Part shown: positions 27,013-38,956 of the stretch, one piece after another
Position numbering within the stretch: the stretch's first letter is position 1
How the letters are laid out: each line of letters opens with the position of its first letter
Source: an uncultured Eubacteriales bacterium
GTDB taxonomy: Bacteria; Actinomycetota; Coriobacteriia; Anaerosomatales; PHET01
DNA length: 64,000 nucleotides
Assembly: GCA_964607705.1 (NCBI GenBank)
Contig: CAZSLI010000004.1
Span: 83,953-147,952, forward strand
Reading direction: 5' to 3'
Made by a program: the position numbers and the translations under genes
The notes under the pieces: generated by a model
Seen by the model: the letters and a program-made list of their open reading frames with translations, nothing else
Database searches by the model: none
What the model was told of the DNA's origin: nothing

Positions 27013-28275
27013 TCAGTTGGCAGTCAGAGTCGTCATACCCTTCCACACGCCTTCGAGTCCCTGCCAGCCGCTCGTCGTCGTCTCGACGCGGGTGCCCTGC
27101 TTGACCGACCGCTCCGTGGGCTCGGTGGCCACGACGCCGCCGACGGAGAACAGGCCCACCCGCTCGACGACCCGCCCGTCTCGCCTGACTGTCAGCAGGC
27201 CGAGCCGCTCGCCCTTGCGCACGGGAGCGCGCACGACCGGCGGCGTGGTGACGTGTACGTCGAGCGGCGCCCCGTCGAACTCCACGAGACGCACCGTGCG
27301 GATCGGGCGCACCATGACCGAGGAGTTCGCGCCGCCGGCCACAGGAACGGAGGCCACAGTCGCAGCGGGCGACGCCACGAGCCGCATCCGGGAGTGGGCG
27401 AAGCCCCAGTTGAGCAGCCGTCGGGCCTCCGAGAAGCGTGCGCTGTTGCTCGGCGCGCCCATCACCACGCCGACGAGCTCGAGGTCCCCGCGCTTGGCTG
27501 CGCTCACGAAGCAATAGCCGGCCGGGATGGTGTAGCCGGTCTTCACGCCCTCCACATCGGGGTAGACGCCGAGGAGCTTGTTGGTGGTCTTGAAGGTGCG
27601 CGTCCCGCCACCCGGCCAACGCACGGTGACCGAGCGCATCCGGACGATCCCACGCAGCTCCTTGTCGGCCATGACGTGCCTCGCCAGGACCGCAAGGTCG
27701 CTCGCGCAGGTCGTCTCCCGCTTGCCGAGCCCGTGGGGGTCCGTGGCGTGCGTGTTCGCAAGCTTCAGCTCGGCGGCCTTGGCGTTCATGAGCCGCACGA
27801 AGGCCGCCTCGCTGCCGGCGACGTGGATCGCGAGCGCCTCGGCGGCGTCATTCGCCGAGCAGATCAGCGTAAGCCTGAGCAGCGTCCTCACGGTCAGCTT
27901 CTGCCCGGTGACCAGCCCCGCGTCCCCGTCGCTGATGATCGCCGCCTGCCGAGGAACCGTCACCACGTCGTCGAGCCTGGCGCGGTCGCGCACCACTAAC
28001 ACGGTGAGCATCTTGATGGTGCTCGCGCCTCGGCGACCGGTGTGCGGACGCCGCGCCCACATCGGAACCGAACCATCGAGCGTCGACAGATAGGCCGCCG
28101 GGACCGAGACAGACGGTGGCGGCAGCGTGGCGGTCGTGGATGCGGCGGCGACTCGGGCGGACGCGGGCATGGGCTCCGGCGCGGCGAAAGCGGCCGGAAC
28201 CACAGCCGCCCAGGTCAGCAGGGCGACCAGGGCGGCGGAGGTGCGTCGTATGTGGCGCGCGAGCGTCATTCCCAC
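27013..28275 (-). CDS. D-alanyl-D-alanine carboxypeptidase (peptidase S11, PBP5/6-like)
   Basis: It has a signal peptide and the SxxK (STIK), SxN (SAN) and KTG (KTGYT) motifs in the correct order and spacing. Confidence 0.8.
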   Translation of the reverse strand: MGMTLARHIRRTSAALVALLTWAAVVPAAFAAPEPMPASARVAAASTTATLPPPSVSVPAAYLSTLDGSVPMWARRPHTGRRGASTIKMLTVLVVRDRARLDDVVTVPRQAAIISDGDAGLVTGQKLTVRTLLRLTLICSANDAAEALAIHVAGSEAAFVRLMNAKAAELKLANTHATDPHGLGKRETTCASDLAVLARHVMADKELRGIVRMRSVTVRWPGGGTRTFKTTNKLLGVYPDVEGVKTGYTIPAGYCFVSAAKRGDLELVGVVMGAPSNSARFSEARRLLNWGFAHSRMRLVASPAATVASVPVAGGANSSVMVRPIRTVRLVEFDGAPLDVHVTTPPVVRAPVRKGERLGLLTVRRDGRVVERVGLFSVGGVVATEPTERSVKQGTRVETTTSGWQGLEGVWKGMTTLTAN

Positions 28276-29816
28276 TCGATCGTGCCGGGAGGCTTGCTCG
28301 TGATGTCGTAGGCCACACGGTTGATGCCGTCGACCTCGTTGATGATGCGGTTGCTCATCTTGGCGAGCAGCTCGTGCGGCAGGCGCGCCCAGTCAGCGGT
28401 CATCGCGTCTGCCGACGCAACCGCGCGGATGATGATCGGATGCCCGTAGGTCCGCTCGTCGCCCATGACTCCCACGCTGCGGATGTCCGGCAGCACGGCG
28501 AAGTACTGCCACACCTCGCGGTTCACGTCCCACGCGCCGATCTCCTCGCGAACGATCGCATCGGCCTTGCGCAGCAGCTCGAGCTTCTCGTGCGTGATGT
28601 CGCCGATGATGCGCACCGCGAGACCCGGGCCCGGGAAGGGCTGCCGGTGCACGATCTCGTCGGGCAGGCCGAGTTCGGAGCCCACCGCGCGTACCTCGTC
28701 TTTGAACAGGGCCTTGAGAGGCTCGATGAGGTCGAAGTGAACGCCCTCGGGGAACGGGATGAGGTTGTGGTGGCTCTTGATCTTGGCTGCCGTCTTGTTG
28801 CCGCTCTCGATGACATCCGGGTAGAGCGTGCCCTGCGCGAGCCACTTCACGCCTTCGAGCTTGGTAGCCTCCTCGAAGAAGACCTTCCAGAACTCCTCGC
28901 CGATGATGTGGCGCTTGCGCTCGGGATCCGTCACGCCTGCGAGCAGCGTGAGGTAGCGCTCCTCGGCATCCACGTCGATGAGGTTCACGTGGAAGGTGTC
29001 TCGGAAGGTCTTGATGACCTGCTCGCCCTCGTCGAGACGCAGCATGCCGTGGTCGACGAAGACGCAGGTGAGTTGGTCGCCGATCGCTCGGTGCAGCAGC
29101 GCGGCCACAACGCTCGAGTCAACGCCGCCGGACAGCCCGCAGATCACGCGGTCGGTCCCGACCTGTTCGCGGATGAGGTCGACCGTCTCGTCGATGATGT
29201 TGACCATCGTCCACAGCGGCGGGATGCCGGCGATCTCGTGCAGGAAGGTGCGGATGATGTGCTGACCGAACTCGGTGTGAGCGACCTCGGGGTGGAACTG
29301 CGTCGCGAACAGCAGCTTCTCGGGGTGCTCCATGGCGGCGACCGCGGTCGTGCCGGTGCGCGCGGTGACCACGAAGCCGTCGGGCGCAGTGCCGACGCTG
29401 TCGCGGTGGCTCATCCAGACCTGCGAGGTCTCGGGCACACCTTCGAGCAGGCGGCAGCTCGGTTCCGTGACCGTGAGCTCGGCAAAGCCGTACTCGCCGA
29501 TGTCGGTCTTGGGGATCTCGCCGCCCAAGTGCAGCGCCATCTCCTGGATGCCATAGCAGAAGCCGAGGATCGGGATCCCCAGCTCGAAGACTGCAGGGTC
29601 CATGTGCGGCGCACCCTCGGCGTAGACCGAGGCGGGGCCGCCGGAAAGGATGATGGCCGCCGGACCCCGGGCGGCCACCTCCTCGGCAGGTATGTCGAAC
29701 GGGACTATCTCGCTGTAGACGCGCGCTTCGCGCACGCGGCGAGCGATGAGCTGAGCGTACTGCGCGCCGAAGTCGAGTACGAAGACGGTCGGCTGCTGGT
29801 CGTGGTAGGTCGTCAC
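28266..29816 (-). CDS. guaA: GMP synthase (glutamine-hydrolysing)
   Basis: A GATase N-domain, the ATP-PPase motif SGGVDSS and the conserved C-terminus KPPGTIEWE. Confidence 0.95.
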   Translation of the reverse strand: MTTYHDQQPTVFVLDFGAQYAQLIARRVREARVYSEIVPFDIPAEEVAARGPAAIILSGGPASVYAEGAPHMDPAVFELGIPILGFCYGIQEMALHLGGEIPKTDIGEYGFAELTVTEPSCRLLEGVPETSQVWMSHRDSVGTAPDGFVVTARTGTTAVAAMEHPEKLLFATQFHPEVAHTEFGQHIIRTFLHEIAGIPPLWTMVNIIDETVDLIREQVGTDRVICGLSGGVDSSVVAALLHRAIGDQLTCVFVDHGMLRLDEGEQVIKTFRDTFHVNLIDVDAEERYLTLLAGVTDPERKRHIIGEEFWKVFFEEATKLEGVKWLAQGTLYPDVIESGNKTAAKIKSHHNLIPFPEGVHFDLIEPLKALFKDEVRAVGSELGLPDEIVHRQPFPGPGLAVRIIGDITHEKLELLRKADAIVREEIGAWDVNREVWQYFAVLPDIRSVGVMGDERTYGHPIIIRAVASADAMTADWARLPHELLAKMSNRIINEVDGINRVAYDITSKPPGTIEWE

Positions 29817-29823
29817 GCCGCCC

Positions 29824-31008
29824 CTACCGGCCCATCCCGACGCCCTGCGTGTTCTGCAGGACTTTGCCCTCGGTCTGGAGCGACGGAGCGACCATGACCT
29901 CGGCTTTCTGGAAGCTCTTCAGGTTCTCGTAGCCGCACGTCGACATCGAGGTGCGCAGGCCGCCGAGGAGGTTCAGGGTACCGTCGTTCTGGTGCGCCGG
30001 ACCGAGGAGGATCTCCTCCAGCGAGCCGCGGACGCCGGCGCGCACGCGGGTGCCGCGCGGCAGGTCGGGGTGGAAGGTCGCCATGCCCCAGTGGTAGCCG
30101 CGGCCGGGCGCCTCGGCGGCGCTCGCGAGCGGCGAGCCGATCATGACCGAGTCGGCGCCCACCGCGATCGCCTTGGCGAGGTCGCCACCGGTGCGCATAC
30201 CGCCATCGGCGATGACGTGAGCGTACTTGCCGGTCTCCTCGAGGTAGCGGGTGCGGGCGGCCGCTGCGTCAGCGATCGCGGTCGCCTGCGGGACACCGAT
30301 GCCGAGCACGCGGCGCGAGGTGCAGGCGTGGCCGGGGCCGACGCCCACGAGCACGCCGACGGCGCCGGCGCGCATCAGATGGAGCGCACCCTGGTAGCTG
30401 CAGCAGCCGCCGATGATGCACGGGATGTCGAGCGACTCGACGAATGCATTGAGGTCGAGCGGCTTGTCGTAGGTCGAGACGTGCTCGGCCGAAACGACGG
30501 TGCCCTGGATGATGAGGATGTCGAGCCCGCCGTCGAGCGCCGGGCCGATAAAGCGTTCGACGTTCTGCGGGGTGAGCGAAGCCGCGGCGAGGACGCCGCC
30601 GGCCTTGATCTCGGCGACACGCTGCTTGACCAGGTCGGCCTTCACGTCCTCGGCAGCGTAGATGGCCTGCATCTTCGAAGTCGCCTCTTCCTTGTCAAAG
30701 GAAGCGATGGCGTCGAGGTGCGGCGTGGGATCGGCGTACTTGGTCTGGATGCCCTCGAGGTTCAGGACCGCGAGGCCGCCGAGCTTGCCCATGGTGATCG
30801 CGAAGTTCGGGTCCACGACGCCGTCCATCGCGGAGGCGAGCACCGGGAGCGGGAAGTTGTACTCGCGCCCCTTGAAAGAGAACGACCAGGCGATATCGAC
30901 GTCCCGCGGGTCACGGGTGCGCCGAGAAGGCACGATGGCGATGTCGTCGAATCCGTAGGCGCGCCGTGCGGTCTTTCCGCGTCCGATCTCGATCTCCACT
31001 GGATGCAT
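29824..31008 (-). CDS. GuaB3-family IMP dehydrogenase-related protein (no CBS insert)
   Basis: [30 protein letters not shown] is the characteristic GuaB3 N-terminus. It has an IMPDH barrel without a CBS pair and sits directly upstream of guaA. Confidence 0.85.
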   Translation of the reverse strand: MHPVEIEIGRGKTARRAYGFDDIAIVPSRRTRDPRDVDIAWSFSFKGREYNFPLPVLASAMDGVVDPNFAITMGKLGGLAVLNLEGIQTKYADPTPHLDAIASFDKEEATSKMQAIYAAEDVKADLVKQRVAEIKAGGVLAAASLTPQNVERFIGPALDGGLDILIIQGTVVSAEHVSTYDKPLDLNAFVESLDIPCIIGGCCSYQGALHLMRAGAVGVLVGVGPGHACTSRRVLGIGVPQATAIADAAAARTRYLEETGKYAHVIADGGMRTGGDLAKAIAVGADSVMIGSPLASAAEAPGRGYHWGMATFHPDLPRGTRVRAGVRGSLEEILLGPAHQNDGTLNLLGGLRTSMSTCGYENLKSFQKAEVMVAPSLQTEGKVLQNTQGVGMGR

Positions 31009-31184
31009 CCTCCTGTGCTCGTAAGCCGCGCTCAGCGGCGCTTGTCACTCATCACCGGGTGCGGATGCGACAAGACCAGGCAAGACTTCGCCGAGTAACG
31101 AAAGCGAGCTGCCTGGTCCGATGTTGTGCTGCGACGGTGCCTTCGGCCCCGTAGAGGCCTTCAGACTGCGCCCCCGGTGGCGAC

Positions 31185-31213
31185 ATTCTAGTGGAGCGCA
31201 CCCGTTTCGTGAA
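31185..31213 (-). promoter_or_regulatory. candidate promoter for the guaB3-guaA operon
   Basis: On the minus strand this reads TTCACG-17 nt-TAGAAT (-35 at 31208-31213, -10 at 31185-31190). It lies about 170 nt upstream of the guaB3 ATG. Confidence 0.4.
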
Positions 31214-31246
31214 CCGTATACACAACCTTTCTTGCCGAATACTCGG

Positions 31247-31278
31247 GGGGCGGCTCCCCGGTGACGGGTCGCCGCCCC
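31247..31278 (-). terminator. hairpin after yggT (terminator candidate)
   Basis: GGGGCGGC / GCCGCCCC arms enclose an inner CCCG/CGGG helix, 26 nt after the yggT stop. The U-tract is weak. Confidence 0.35.
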
Positions 31279-31303
31279 GCGTTGATGCCGAGAAACCGCC
31301 GGT

Positions 31304-31774
31304 CTAGCGCCGGATGACCCGGGTGTCACCGTCGTCAACGACGACGTCGCGGTCCTGGTCGGAGACGCGGTCCACGTCGTCGTCGCGGTGCACTTCCTCG
31401 ACCGTTTCAACGGTGCCCGCCGACGAGCGAGGCGTCACGGCTGAGATCAGTGCGGCGATGCCCCAAGCGATCAGCGCGTACACCGCGATAGCGAGCAGCG
31501 CGCTCCACTCGAACACCGCCGTTCCCGACTGCGTCGTGCCGAATACAGCGAAGAACGGGGCCATGAGCGGCGCCGTGAGACCGTAGATGAGCTGCGTGAA
31601 CCCGGCGTCGGGGTTGGTCCCGAACAACAGGAGCAGGAACCGGATGGCGAGCAGGGTGATGATCACGCCGAAGATGAAGTAGACGATGTTGATGAGGACC
31701 GCCTCGAGCGGCAACCGCCGCTCCGAGTGCACGATCCGGTGACCTCCCGAAGAGGTCATGCGCACTTCCGACAT
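31304..31774 (-). CDS. YggT-family membrane protein
   Basis: The start MSEVRM has the SD AAGGGG. IVYFIFGVIITLLAIRFLLLLFG..FTQLIYGLTAPLMAPF is the YggT pattern. The C-terminal tail is acidic. Confidence 0.7.
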   Translation of the reverse strand: MSEVRMTSSGGHRIVHSERRLPLEAVLINIVYFIFGVIITLLAIRFLLLLFGTNPDAGFTQLIYGLTAPLMAPFFAVFGTTQSGTAVFEWSALLAIAVYALIAWGIAALISAVTPRSSAGTVETVEEVHRDDDVDRVSDQDRDVVVDDGDTRVIRR

Positions 31775-31951
31775 CGAGATCGCCCCTTTCGCGGATAGGG
31801 TGCCGCGCACTCTGTGCGCGAGCCGCTTCAAGTTCCTACCCGCGAAGGACGGAGTCAGCCGTTGGAAATGATTGCAATGTCCACATAAACCACCGCCGGC
31901 ACCCAGGGCGGTACCGTCTGTCAGGGGCCGCCGAACACGGCAGGCATGGCG

Positions 31952-33016
31952 CTAGACGTTGAACTTGAAGTGCATCACGTCGCCGTCCTTCACGACGTAC
32001 TCCTTGCCCTCGAGGCGCTGCTTGCCCGCCTCGCGCGCACCCTTCTCGCCGCCGAGCGCCACGTACTCGTCGAACGCGATGACCTCGGCCTTGATGAAGC
32101 CACGCTCGAAGTCGGTGTGGATCACGCCCGCGGCCTGGGGCGCCTTCGCGCCGATCGGCACGGTCCAGGCGCGCACCTCCTTCTCGCCCGCAGTGAAGTA
32201 GCTCTGCAGTCCGAGCAGGCGGTATGCCTCGCGGATGAGACTGTTGAGTCCCGGCTCCGCAAGCCCGATCGACTCGAGGTACTCGGCGGCCTCCTCGGGA
32301 TCGAGCTCCGAGAGGTCCGCTTCGACCTTGGCGCAGATCGGGATCGGCTTCACACCGTCGATCTCGGGGAGGTCGGCGCCGACCTGCGACTCGTCGACGT
32401 TCGCGACGTAGAGCATCGGCTTCATGGTGAGCAGGTGCAGCGTGCGCATCACCGCCCGCTCCTCGTCCGTCATATCCATATTGAACGCACGATGACCCTG
32501 CTCGAGGTGCGCGAGCATGCGCTGCGCAAGTTCGAGCCGCGACGCAGCGGTCTTGTCGCCCTTGAGCTCCTTCTGAAACCGCTGGATCCCCTTCTCCACG
32601 GTCGTCATGTCCGCAAAGATCAACTCGAGCTTGATGGTTTCGACGTCACTCGCCGGGTCCACCTTGCCGTCGACGTGAATGACGTCCTCGTCGGTGAAGA
32701 AGCGCACGACCTCGGCGATCGCGTCTGTCTCACGGATGTTGGCGAGGAACTGATTACCGAGACCAGCGCCCTCGCTTGCCCCCTTCACAAGCCCGGCGAT
32801 GTCGACGAACTCGACGGTCGCAGGCAGGATGCGCTGAGGCTTCACGACCTCGGCGAGAGCCTCGAGCCGCCTGTCCGGTACCGGCACGATGCCGACGTTG
32901 GGCTCGATCGTTGCGAAGGGATAGTTCGCCGCATCGACCTGGTTCTTGGTCAGCGCGGTGAACAGGGTGGACTTACCCACGTTGGGCAGACCGACGATAC
33001 CGATGGAAAGCGCCAC
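31952..33016 (-). CDS. ychF: redox-regulated ATPase YchF (Obg-family)
   Basis: The GTG start at 33016 has the SD AAGGAG. G1 is GLPNVGKST, and the conserved C-terminus is [13 protein letters not shown]. Confidence 0.9.
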   Translation of the reverse strand: MALSIGIVGLPNVGKSTLFTALTKNQVDAANYPFATIEPNVGIVPVPDRRLEALAEVVKPQRILPATVEFVDIAGLVKGASEGAGLGNQFLANIRETDAIAEVVRFFTDEDVIHVDGKVDPASDVETIKLELIFADMTTVEKGIQRFQKELKGDKTAASRLELAQRMLAHLEQGHRAFNMDMTDEERAVMRTLHLLTMKPMLYVANVDESQVGADLPEIDGVKPIPICAKVEADLSELDPEEAAEYLESIGLAEPGLNSLIREAYRLLGLQSYFTAGEKEVRAWTVPIGAKAPQAAGVIHTDFERGFIKAEVIAFDEYVALGGEKGAREAGKQRLEGKEYVVKDGDVMHFKFNV

Positions 33017-33070
33017 GGCGTAGTACTCCTTCTGGCAGGTCAAAGGGCAAGTATGCCCGGTTGCCTGCGG

Positions 33071-33076
33071 TATAGT
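33071..33076 (+). promoter_or_regulatory. candidate -10 box TATAGT for the glycosyltransferase gene (leaderless)
   Basis: TATAGT ends 7 nt before the ATG at 33084, with no SD. Confidence 0.35.
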
Positions 33077-33083
33077 ACCACCC

Positions 33084-34232
33084 ATGAAGCAGCCCCGAAC
33101 GATAGTGCTGGCCTACGCCTCTGTCGGCTCCGGTCACCGCATTGCCGCCGAGGCGCTCGCCGCGGCGCTCGAGGACCGCGAAGGCGAGGACGTACACGTC
33201 GAGATCATGGACGTCCTCGCCTATACCAAGCTGCGGATCACAGGCGACCGGCTGGCGGATACCTTCACCGGTCCGACCGCCGGCATCTACGACTGGGCCT
33301 GGGGCAACGCCGGCATCGGCCGCATGGGGCGCGCCCTCGGCGGCGGATTCCTCTCGTGGAACTACCGAGCCTTCGAGCGGCGCGTCGCGGAGTTGGACCC
33401 CGACGCCGTCATCTGCACCCACGCACTACCGGCCGCCCTGACCGCGCGCCTCGTTCGCAAGGGCCACGCGACCTACCGTGTCGTGAGCGTGGCCACCGAC
33501 TTCGGCGTCCACGGTTTCTGGCCCCGCCGAGGAGTCGCGCTGTACTGCTGTGCCGACGACGCATCGCGAGACGAACTCATCTCGCGGGGCACCCAGAGCG
33601 AGACTATCGCGGTGACCGGCATCCCGGTCCGGCCGCAGTTCACGCTCGAATACGACCTGGACGCCGCACGCCGTCACTTCGGACTTCCCTCGGACAAGCG
33701 CGTCATCCTGGCGCTGGCCGGCTCCACCATGCCGGGCCCCTATGAGCACCTCAAGAACGCGCTCGCCGTCTCACTACCCGCACTGGCGTCCCTACCCAAC
33801 ACGTCGGTGGCCATCGTCACCGGCCAGGACGATCGCTACGCCGAGGAACTGCGCACCCGGGCTGCCGGATTCGGCACGACGAACGTGCTCGTGCTCGGCT
33901 ACGTCGAACGCATGGCGCCGCTGATGGCGACGGCCGACCTCGTACTCGCGAAGCCGGGTGGCATGGTGTGCGCCGAGTGCGTTGCCGCCGGGCTGCCGCT
34001 GGTGCTGGTGGGACCGGCCATAGGCCAGGAGCGCGCGAATGCCGAGGCGCTCACGAAAGCCGGCGCCGCCCTCTATGCCGCCGACCCCCGCACAGTAGCG
34101 GAGTACGCCCGAAAGGCGATCTCAAAGCCCGCCCGTCTGGCGAAGTTGCGCGAGGGCGCTCAGGCGGTCGGCCGGCCCTTCGCCACCAGCGACATCACCG
34201 AGCGTATCGCCGCGCTGATCGGGCTGGCGTAG
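33084..34232 (+). CDS. GT28-family glycosyltransferase (MGDG synthase / UgtP-like diacylglycerol glycosyltransferase)
   Basis: The N-terminus [19 protein letters not shown] matches the MGDG_synth domain. The C-terminal Glyco_tran_28_C-like region contains [11 protein letters not shown]. Confidence 0.7.
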   Translation: MKQPRTIVLAYASVGSGHRIAAEALAAALEDREGEDVHVEIMDVLAYTKLRITGDRLADTFTGPTAGIYDWAWGNAGIGRMGRALGGGFLSWNYRAFERRVAELDPDAVICTHALPAALTARLVRKGHATYRVVSVATDFGVHGFWPRRGVALYCCADDASRDELISRGTQSETIAVTGIPVRPQFTLEYDLDAARRHFGLPSDKRVILALAGSTMPGPYEHLKNALAVSLPALASLPNTSVAIVTGQDDRYAEELRTRAAGFGTTNVLVLGYVERMAPLMATADLVLAKPGGMVCAECVAAGLPLVLVGPAIGQERANAEALTKAGAALYAADPRTVAEYARKAISKPARLAKLREGAQAVGRPFATSDITERIAALIGLA

Positions 34233-34243
34233 CGAGAAACGAA

Positions 34244-34271
34244 CGAGGGCCCCGGTTGCCCGGAGCCCTCG
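34244..34271. terminator. bidirectional terminator hairpin between the glycosyltransferase gene and groEL
   Basis: CGAGGGC..GCCCTCG arms with an inner CCGG/CCGG helix, lying between convergent stops (34232 and 34304). Confidence 0.5.
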
Positions 34272-34303
34272 AATCGATCTAACTGCGGCTGGATGCCGGC
34301 TGG

Positions 34304-35959
<1,656 letters not shown>

Positions 35960-36014
35960 TTACCTTGGGATAATCACTGGCATGCGGGCCGCCGAAGCGA
36001 CCTGCGTGGGGGTC

Positions 36015-36308
36015 CTAGCCCTCGACGACCGCGTAGATGTCGTCGGCACGGAGGATGAGGTAGTCCTCGCCCTCGACCTTGACCTCGGTACCGCCGTACT
36101 TGCTGTAGATGACGGTGTCGCCGACCTTCACGTCGAGAGCGATACGCTTCTCGCCGTCCTCGTCCCACTTGCCCTCACCGACTGCGATGACGGTGCCCTT
36201 CTGCGGCTTCTCTTTCGCGGTGTCGGCAAGAATGAGTCCCGACTTGGTCTGGGTCTCGGCCTCCGCCTGCTTCACGATCACGCGATCGCTCAGGGGCTTC
36301 AGGTTCAT
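36015..36308 (-). CDS. groES: co-chaperonin GroES
   Basis: The internal start [13 protein letters not shown] (cat at 36306-36308) has the SD GGAGG. It encodes 97 aa. Confidence 0.95.
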   Translation of the reverse strand: MNLKPLSDRVIVKQAEAETQTKSGLILADTAKEKPQKGTVIAVGEGKWDEDGEKRIALDVKVGDTVIYSKYGGTEVKVEGEDYLILRADDIYAVVEG

Positions 36309-36432
36309 CGACGTCCCTCCTAAGTGCTCGTTCTCGGTCATTGCTCCGGACGATCGTCCGGGCGGTTCCCATGTGCGCCGCGAGGTACATACCCGTCCGA
36401 CGGTCGTCGTCCGCGATGTCCCCCCTCGACTG

Positions 36433-36459
36433 CTGGCACTCCGCCTCTCCGACTGCCAG
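36433..36459 (-). promoter_or_regulatory. CIRCE operator (HrcA binding site)
   Basis: CTGGCACTC-N9-GACTGCCAG has one mismatch to a perfect inverted repeat of the actinobacterial CIRCE form. It lies immediately downstream of the -10 box. Confidence 0.65.
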
Positions 36460-36468
36460 CACTGTAGG

Positions 36469-36498
36469 ATTCTACCTATCAAGTGGTGATGGACTCAA
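36469..36498 (-). promoter_or_regulatory. candidate groES-groEL promoter
   Basis: On the minus strand this reads TTGAGT-18 nt-TAGAAT (-35 at 36493-36498, -10 at 36469-36474). Confidence 0.5.
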
Positions 36499-36650
36499 TA
36501 GGCTCTACCAGCGACTTTTTGAAGTGGGTTGAGTGCCGGACACTCAGATTCCGACCAGCGCCGAGACGAACACGCCCGCGGGCGACACGGCGAGGGTGAG
36601 GGTCTGTGGCGCCGCGATCTGCGGGCGCCCCCCACAGACACGTGTGCCCC

Positions 36651-38183
36651 CTAGGAAGCGGGCGTGTCCAGTCTCAGCCCGGGAAGTGCCTCGGCGTCGA
36701 GCCCCAGTCGGTCGCCCCGCAAGAAGCGATGGTGCGCCGCAACGGCGATCATCGCCGCGTTGTCGGTGCACAGGTGGAACGGCGGCACGCTGACGTGCAC
36801 GCCCAGCGGCTCGATGGCCGCCCTGAGGGCCTCGCGCAACGACGGATTGGCCGCAACACCGCCAGCCAGGCAGAACGAACGGGCACCTGTCTCCTCGACC
36901 GCGCGCACAGCCTTGGCCACCTGCACATCGACCACTGCGGCCTGGAAGCTCGCGGCCAGGTCCGGCACGTCGATCTCGCGGCCGGCTTCACGCTCGTGAC
37001 GGATGTGGTTGATAACGGCCGTCTTGAGTCCCGACAGCGAGAAGCGGTAGTCGCCACTCTTGAGCATCGCGCGCGGGAAGTCGATTGCCTTGGGATCACC
37101 CTCCTCGGCAAGCTTCGAGAGGATGGGCCCTCCCGGATAACCCAAGCCGAGGACCTTGGCGACCTTGTCGAACGCTTCACCCGCTGCGTCGTCGAGCGTC
37201 TCCCCCATCGTGCGGTAGACGCCCCACTCGGGCATGTGCACGAGCGAGGTGTGACCGCCGGACACTACCAGTGCCACGAGTGGCGGACCAACCCGGTCAT
37301 CGGCGAGCACGTTGGCGAAGATGTGGCCCTCAAGGTGGTTCACGCCCACGAGCGGGAGTCCCGTGGCCATCGCGAGCCCCTTGGCGTACGCGACGCCCAC
37401 GACGAGGGCCCCCACGAGACCGGGACCATAGGTCACGGCGATGGCGTCGAGCTCGTAGAACCGCATCGGACGACCGAGAGCGGCTGCCTGCCCTGCGGAC
37501 TCCATCGCCTCGTCCACGACGCCGACGATCGCCTCGGTATGCTTGCGGCTCGCGATCTCCGGGACGACGCCGCCGAACCGCGCATGGAAGTCGATCTGAG
37601 TGGCGACGACATTCGCAAGCAGCGTGTCGTTGCCACGGATGACGGCGGCCGCGGTCTCGTCGCACGACGACTCGATCGCGAGGATCGTCAGTTTCGCCGG
37701 ATCGACCGGTGCCGCCGTGGCATCGCCCAGGGGCCGGGCCGGGCCGGTCAGCTCGCCCCACATGATGAGAGCGTCCTCGCCGTCCTCCGGGTAGTAGCCC
37801 GGTCGACGGCCCACCGACTCGAGGCCGAGTGACTCGTAGAGCGCAATGGCTGCGGCGTTCGACGGGCGTACCTCTAGGGTGACCCGTTCGGCACCTCTGG
37901 CGGCGGCCTTGGCCAGCAGCGCCTCGGTGAGGCGTCGCCCCACGCCACGCCCGCGCTCGTCGGCGACCACCGCGAGATTCATCACGTGCGCCTCGTCGGC
38001 GTTGACCCAGATACCTCCATAGCCGATCACGCGACCGGCCTCCTCAGCGACGAGCCAGCCGCGGTCGCTCCGCGCGAGGTCGTCGGCGAAGGACGCCTCG
38101 CTCCACGGGTCGCGGAACGCGGCATGCTCGATCGCGGCAACCTGCAGGATGTCGCGCTCGGTCATCGCTCGCAGGATGATCAC
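36651..38183 (-). CDS. tsaD: fusion protein: ribosomal-protein-alanine N-acetyltransferase RimI + tRNA N6-adenosine threonylcarbamoyltransferase TsaD
   Basis: The N-terminal ~145 aa are GNAT/RimI-like (ILQVAAIEHAAF..VVADERGRGVGRRL). After a ~25-aa linker comes full-length TsaD (ILAIESSCDETAAAV..GVNHLEGH..). It is a single uninterrupted ORF of 510 aa. Confidence 0.85.
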   Translation of the reverse strand: MIILRAMTERDILQVAAIEHAAFRDPWSEASFADDLARSDRGWLVAEEAGRVIGYGGIWVNADEAHVMNLAVVADERGRGVGRRLTEALLAKAAARGAERVTLEVRPSNAAAIALYESLGLESVGRRPGYYPEDGEDALIMWGELTGPARPLGDATAAPVDPAKLTILAIESSCDETAAAVIRGNDTLLANVVATQIDFHARFGGVVPEIASRKHTEAIVGVVDEAMESAGQAAALGRPMRFYELDAIAVTYGPGLVGALVVGVAYAKGLAMATGLPLVGVNHLEGHIFANVLADDRVGPPLVALVVSGGHTSLVHMPEWGVYRTMGETLDDAAGEAFDKVAKVLGLGYPGGPILSKLAEEGDPKAIDFPRAMLKSGDYRFSLSGLKTAVINHIRHEREAGREIDVPDLAASFQAAVVDVQVAKAVRAVEETGARSFCLAGGVAANPSLREALRAAIEPLGVHVSVPPFHLCTDNAAMIAVAAHHRFLRGDRLGLDAEALPGLRLDTPAS

Positions 38184-38956
38184 GAAGCGCCCCCCGCGAC
38201 ACCGCTACCGGGCGGCGGGCCGCTCGGCAGACCGGAGCGCGTGCGCTCGGCCTCCTCGGCATCCGACAGGCGCGTGTAGACCGGCAGGACGGTGCCCGGC
38301 TCGCCATCGCCGAGACGGTCCTTTTCGGCCGCGGCGAGAAACGCCGCCAGCAGCGAGACACCGGTGGGTGACCACAGCTCCCGCGGAGCAAGCGCGTCCT
38401 CGCCGAGTACGTCGGTGAACACCTCCGCGTGCTTCGCGAGGCCGTTGCCGGTCAGGAGTATCTGACCGGCGTGGGCGCGCCACTCCTCGGCAGCGTCAGC
38501 AGGCTTGGCGACACGGTCGGGAGTGAGCCGCTCGGCTCGATGGCCCGAACAGCGGAACAGCGCCGGGTAGACTTCGCCGCGCATGGCATCTCCCACGACG
38601 CCGAGCAGCCCTTCGCGACCGGCGAATCGCCACGCAACAGCATCGAGAGTGCCGACGCCGTACATGGGCACCCCGAGTCCGTGGGCAAGCCCCTTGGCGA
38701 CCGCGACCCCGATGCGCACGCCGGTGAACGAACCAGGACCCAGCCCGACCACGATCTCGCCCACGTCGGAGATCGCCATGCGGTTCTCGTTGAGCAGGTC
38801 CTCGGCGACCAGCAGCACTTTCGAGAGCGCCGCGCGAGGCGCTTCGATCTCGGCCGAGCCCCAGACGGTGAGGAATCCGTCACTGTGGACGCCGAGCGAT
38901 ACGACCGTCGTCTCGGTGGCCGTGTCGAGCGCTAGCGCGAGCCGCGGCCCGGTCAT
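38180..38956 (-). CDS. tsaB: tRNA threonylcarbamoyladenosine biosynthesis protein TsaB
   Basis: The start MTGPRLALALDTATE overlaps the tsaE stop (ATGA at 38953-38956). GPGSFTGVRIGVA is the TsaB motif. Its stop overlaps the rimI-tsaD start (GTGA). Confidence 0.8.
   Translation of the reverse strand: MTGPRLALALDTATETTVVSLGVHSDGFLTVWGSAEIEAPRAALSKVLLVAEDLLNENRMAISDVGEIVVGLGPGSFTGVRIGVAVAKGLAHGLGVPMYGVGTLDAVAWRFAGREGLLGVVGDAMRGEVYPALFRCSGHRAERLTPDRVAKPADAAEEWRAHAGQILLTGNGLAKHAEVFTDVLGEDALAPRELWSPTGVSLLAAFLAAAEKDRLGDGEPGTVLPVYTRLSDAEEAERTRSGLPSGPPPGSGVAGGAS

Noticed and set aside
28116-29897. 593-aa plus-strand ORF antisense to guaA. Similar long antisense ORFs lie at 31946-33745 (ychF), 34766-36058 (groEL), 41868-43367 (atpB), 19812-21149 (pyrophosphatase), 52488-53756 (nnr/acpS) and 56106-58220 (glmM/rpsI/rplM).
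   Set aside because: All lie exactly opposite highly conserved genes. They have biased Arg/Asp/Gly/His composition and no motifs. Stop-codon depletion in antisense frames is expected at this GC content.
31009-31184. Purine/guanine riboswitch upstream of guaB3-guaA
   Set aside because: I could not find the conserved purine-riboswitch three-way junction or loop sequences. It is reported only as an unassigned structured leader.
36527-36541. Second CIRCE-like half site GAGTGCCGGACACTC upstream of the groES promoter
   Set aside because: It has only a 5-bp inverted repeat with a 5-nt spacer. There is no GCACTC-N9-GAGTGC geometry, and it lies upstream of the -35. It is probably fortuitous, or part of the tsaD terminator region.
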